A stretch of DNA of 32,000 nt, from contig OY969938.1 in assembly GCA_963704755.1 (NCBI GenBank), positions 3,270,001 to 3,302,000 on the forward strand, written 5' to 3'. This DNA is from an uncultured Chloroflexia bacterium. Its GTDB lineage: Bacteria > Chloroflexota > Anaerolineae > Anaerolineales > Anaerolineaceae. Made by a program: the position numbers and the translations under genes. Positions 31,668-32,000 of this stretch are shown here, piece by piece. Below the pieces are notes generated by a model, which saw only the letters and a program-made list of their open reading frames with translations, was not told the DNA's origin and did no database searches. Every line of letters begins with the position of its first letter. The first letter of the stretch is position 1.

Positions 31668-32000
31668 TTAATCCCTCCTTGAATACCAGTCCAGCACGCG
31701 CAAAGCGCGCAGGGTGTTCCAGCGGCTCGGGCGGCCTGTGCCTTCATCGATCTCGACCGGCATCACCCCGGAATACTGGGTCTCGAGCGGCCAGCAGCCG
31801 TCGGCGTCGCGTTTGGCGGCGAGCAGTTCGATGGCATCGGCCAGGCGTTCGTCGGGCGTGACGCCGGCGCGGCGCAGGTACTCGAGCCCGCGCAGCACAT
31901 CATAGTGCCACCAGGTGGGGAAGGCGAAGGAGGTCCAGACGCTGCCGTCCTTGCGGTCCCTTTCGATCACCGCGCCGGTCGATCGCCGGTGGAAGAGGCG
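31668..32000 (-). CDS. C-terminal part of a conserved protein, possibly prenyltransferase/squalene-cyclase-repeat-like (gene continues beyond window end)
   Basis: The reading frame stays open to position 32000. The translation ...FAFPTWWHYDVLRGLEYLRRAG...AIELLAAKRDADGCWPLE resembles an alpha/alpha-toroid repeat. The product call is weak. Confidence 0.45.
   Translation of the reverse strand, partial: RLFHRRSTGAVIERDRKDGSVWTSFAFPTWWHYDVLRGLEYLRRAGVTPDERLADAIELLAAKRDADGCWPLETQYSGVMPVEIDEGTGRPSRWNTLRALRVLDWYSRRD

Overview
This is a 32-kb window from a GC-rich bacterial chromosome, roughly 60% GC by hand count of sample lines. The gene content fits a Chloroflexota-like or Actinomycetota-like host: two deazaflavin-dependent nitroreductase (DDN) family genes, a giant NHL/CarboxypepD_reg secreted protein and TIGR03032 paralogues. 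I cannot assign taxonomy without a database search. I support about 27 protein-coding genes. They include a padR two-gene operon, mazEF, ung, an MmyB-like regulator divergent from an SDR gene, a GNAT gene and a frameshifted DHFR-family gene. I found no rRNA, tRNA, CRISPR array, integrase or transposase.

The main points of interest are:
- **AT-rich island (about 14291-16800, roughly 30% GC).** It holds a single 700-aa STAND/NACHT-like P-loop NTPase with no recognisable effector or repeat domain. An identical 12-nt motif sits at both ends. This is my best candidate for an undescribed single-gene defence system.
- **Second small AT-rich cassette.** It carries a DUF2513-like gene between two direct copies of a ~25-nt hairpin sequence.
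- **Orphan TIR-like protein.** It belongs to the COG4271 / CAP12-Pycsar effector family, has an unknown N-terminal domain, and has no cyclase nearby.
- **TIGR03032 operon.** Two TIGR03032 paralogues are followed by a membrane-anchored protein whose hydrolase domain looks catalytically dead.
- **Very dense modular intergenic repeats.** These include REPIN-like long hairpins in 176-177-bp tandem arrays, triple CTCYGTG/CTCYGCG heptamers, a GC hairpin module, and six long palindromes centred on GNA triloops (d(GCGAAGC)).
- **Recurring 13-mer AATTGTATAATTT.** It looks like a promoter -10 region.

All family assignments rest on motif recognition by eye and need profile or structure searches.
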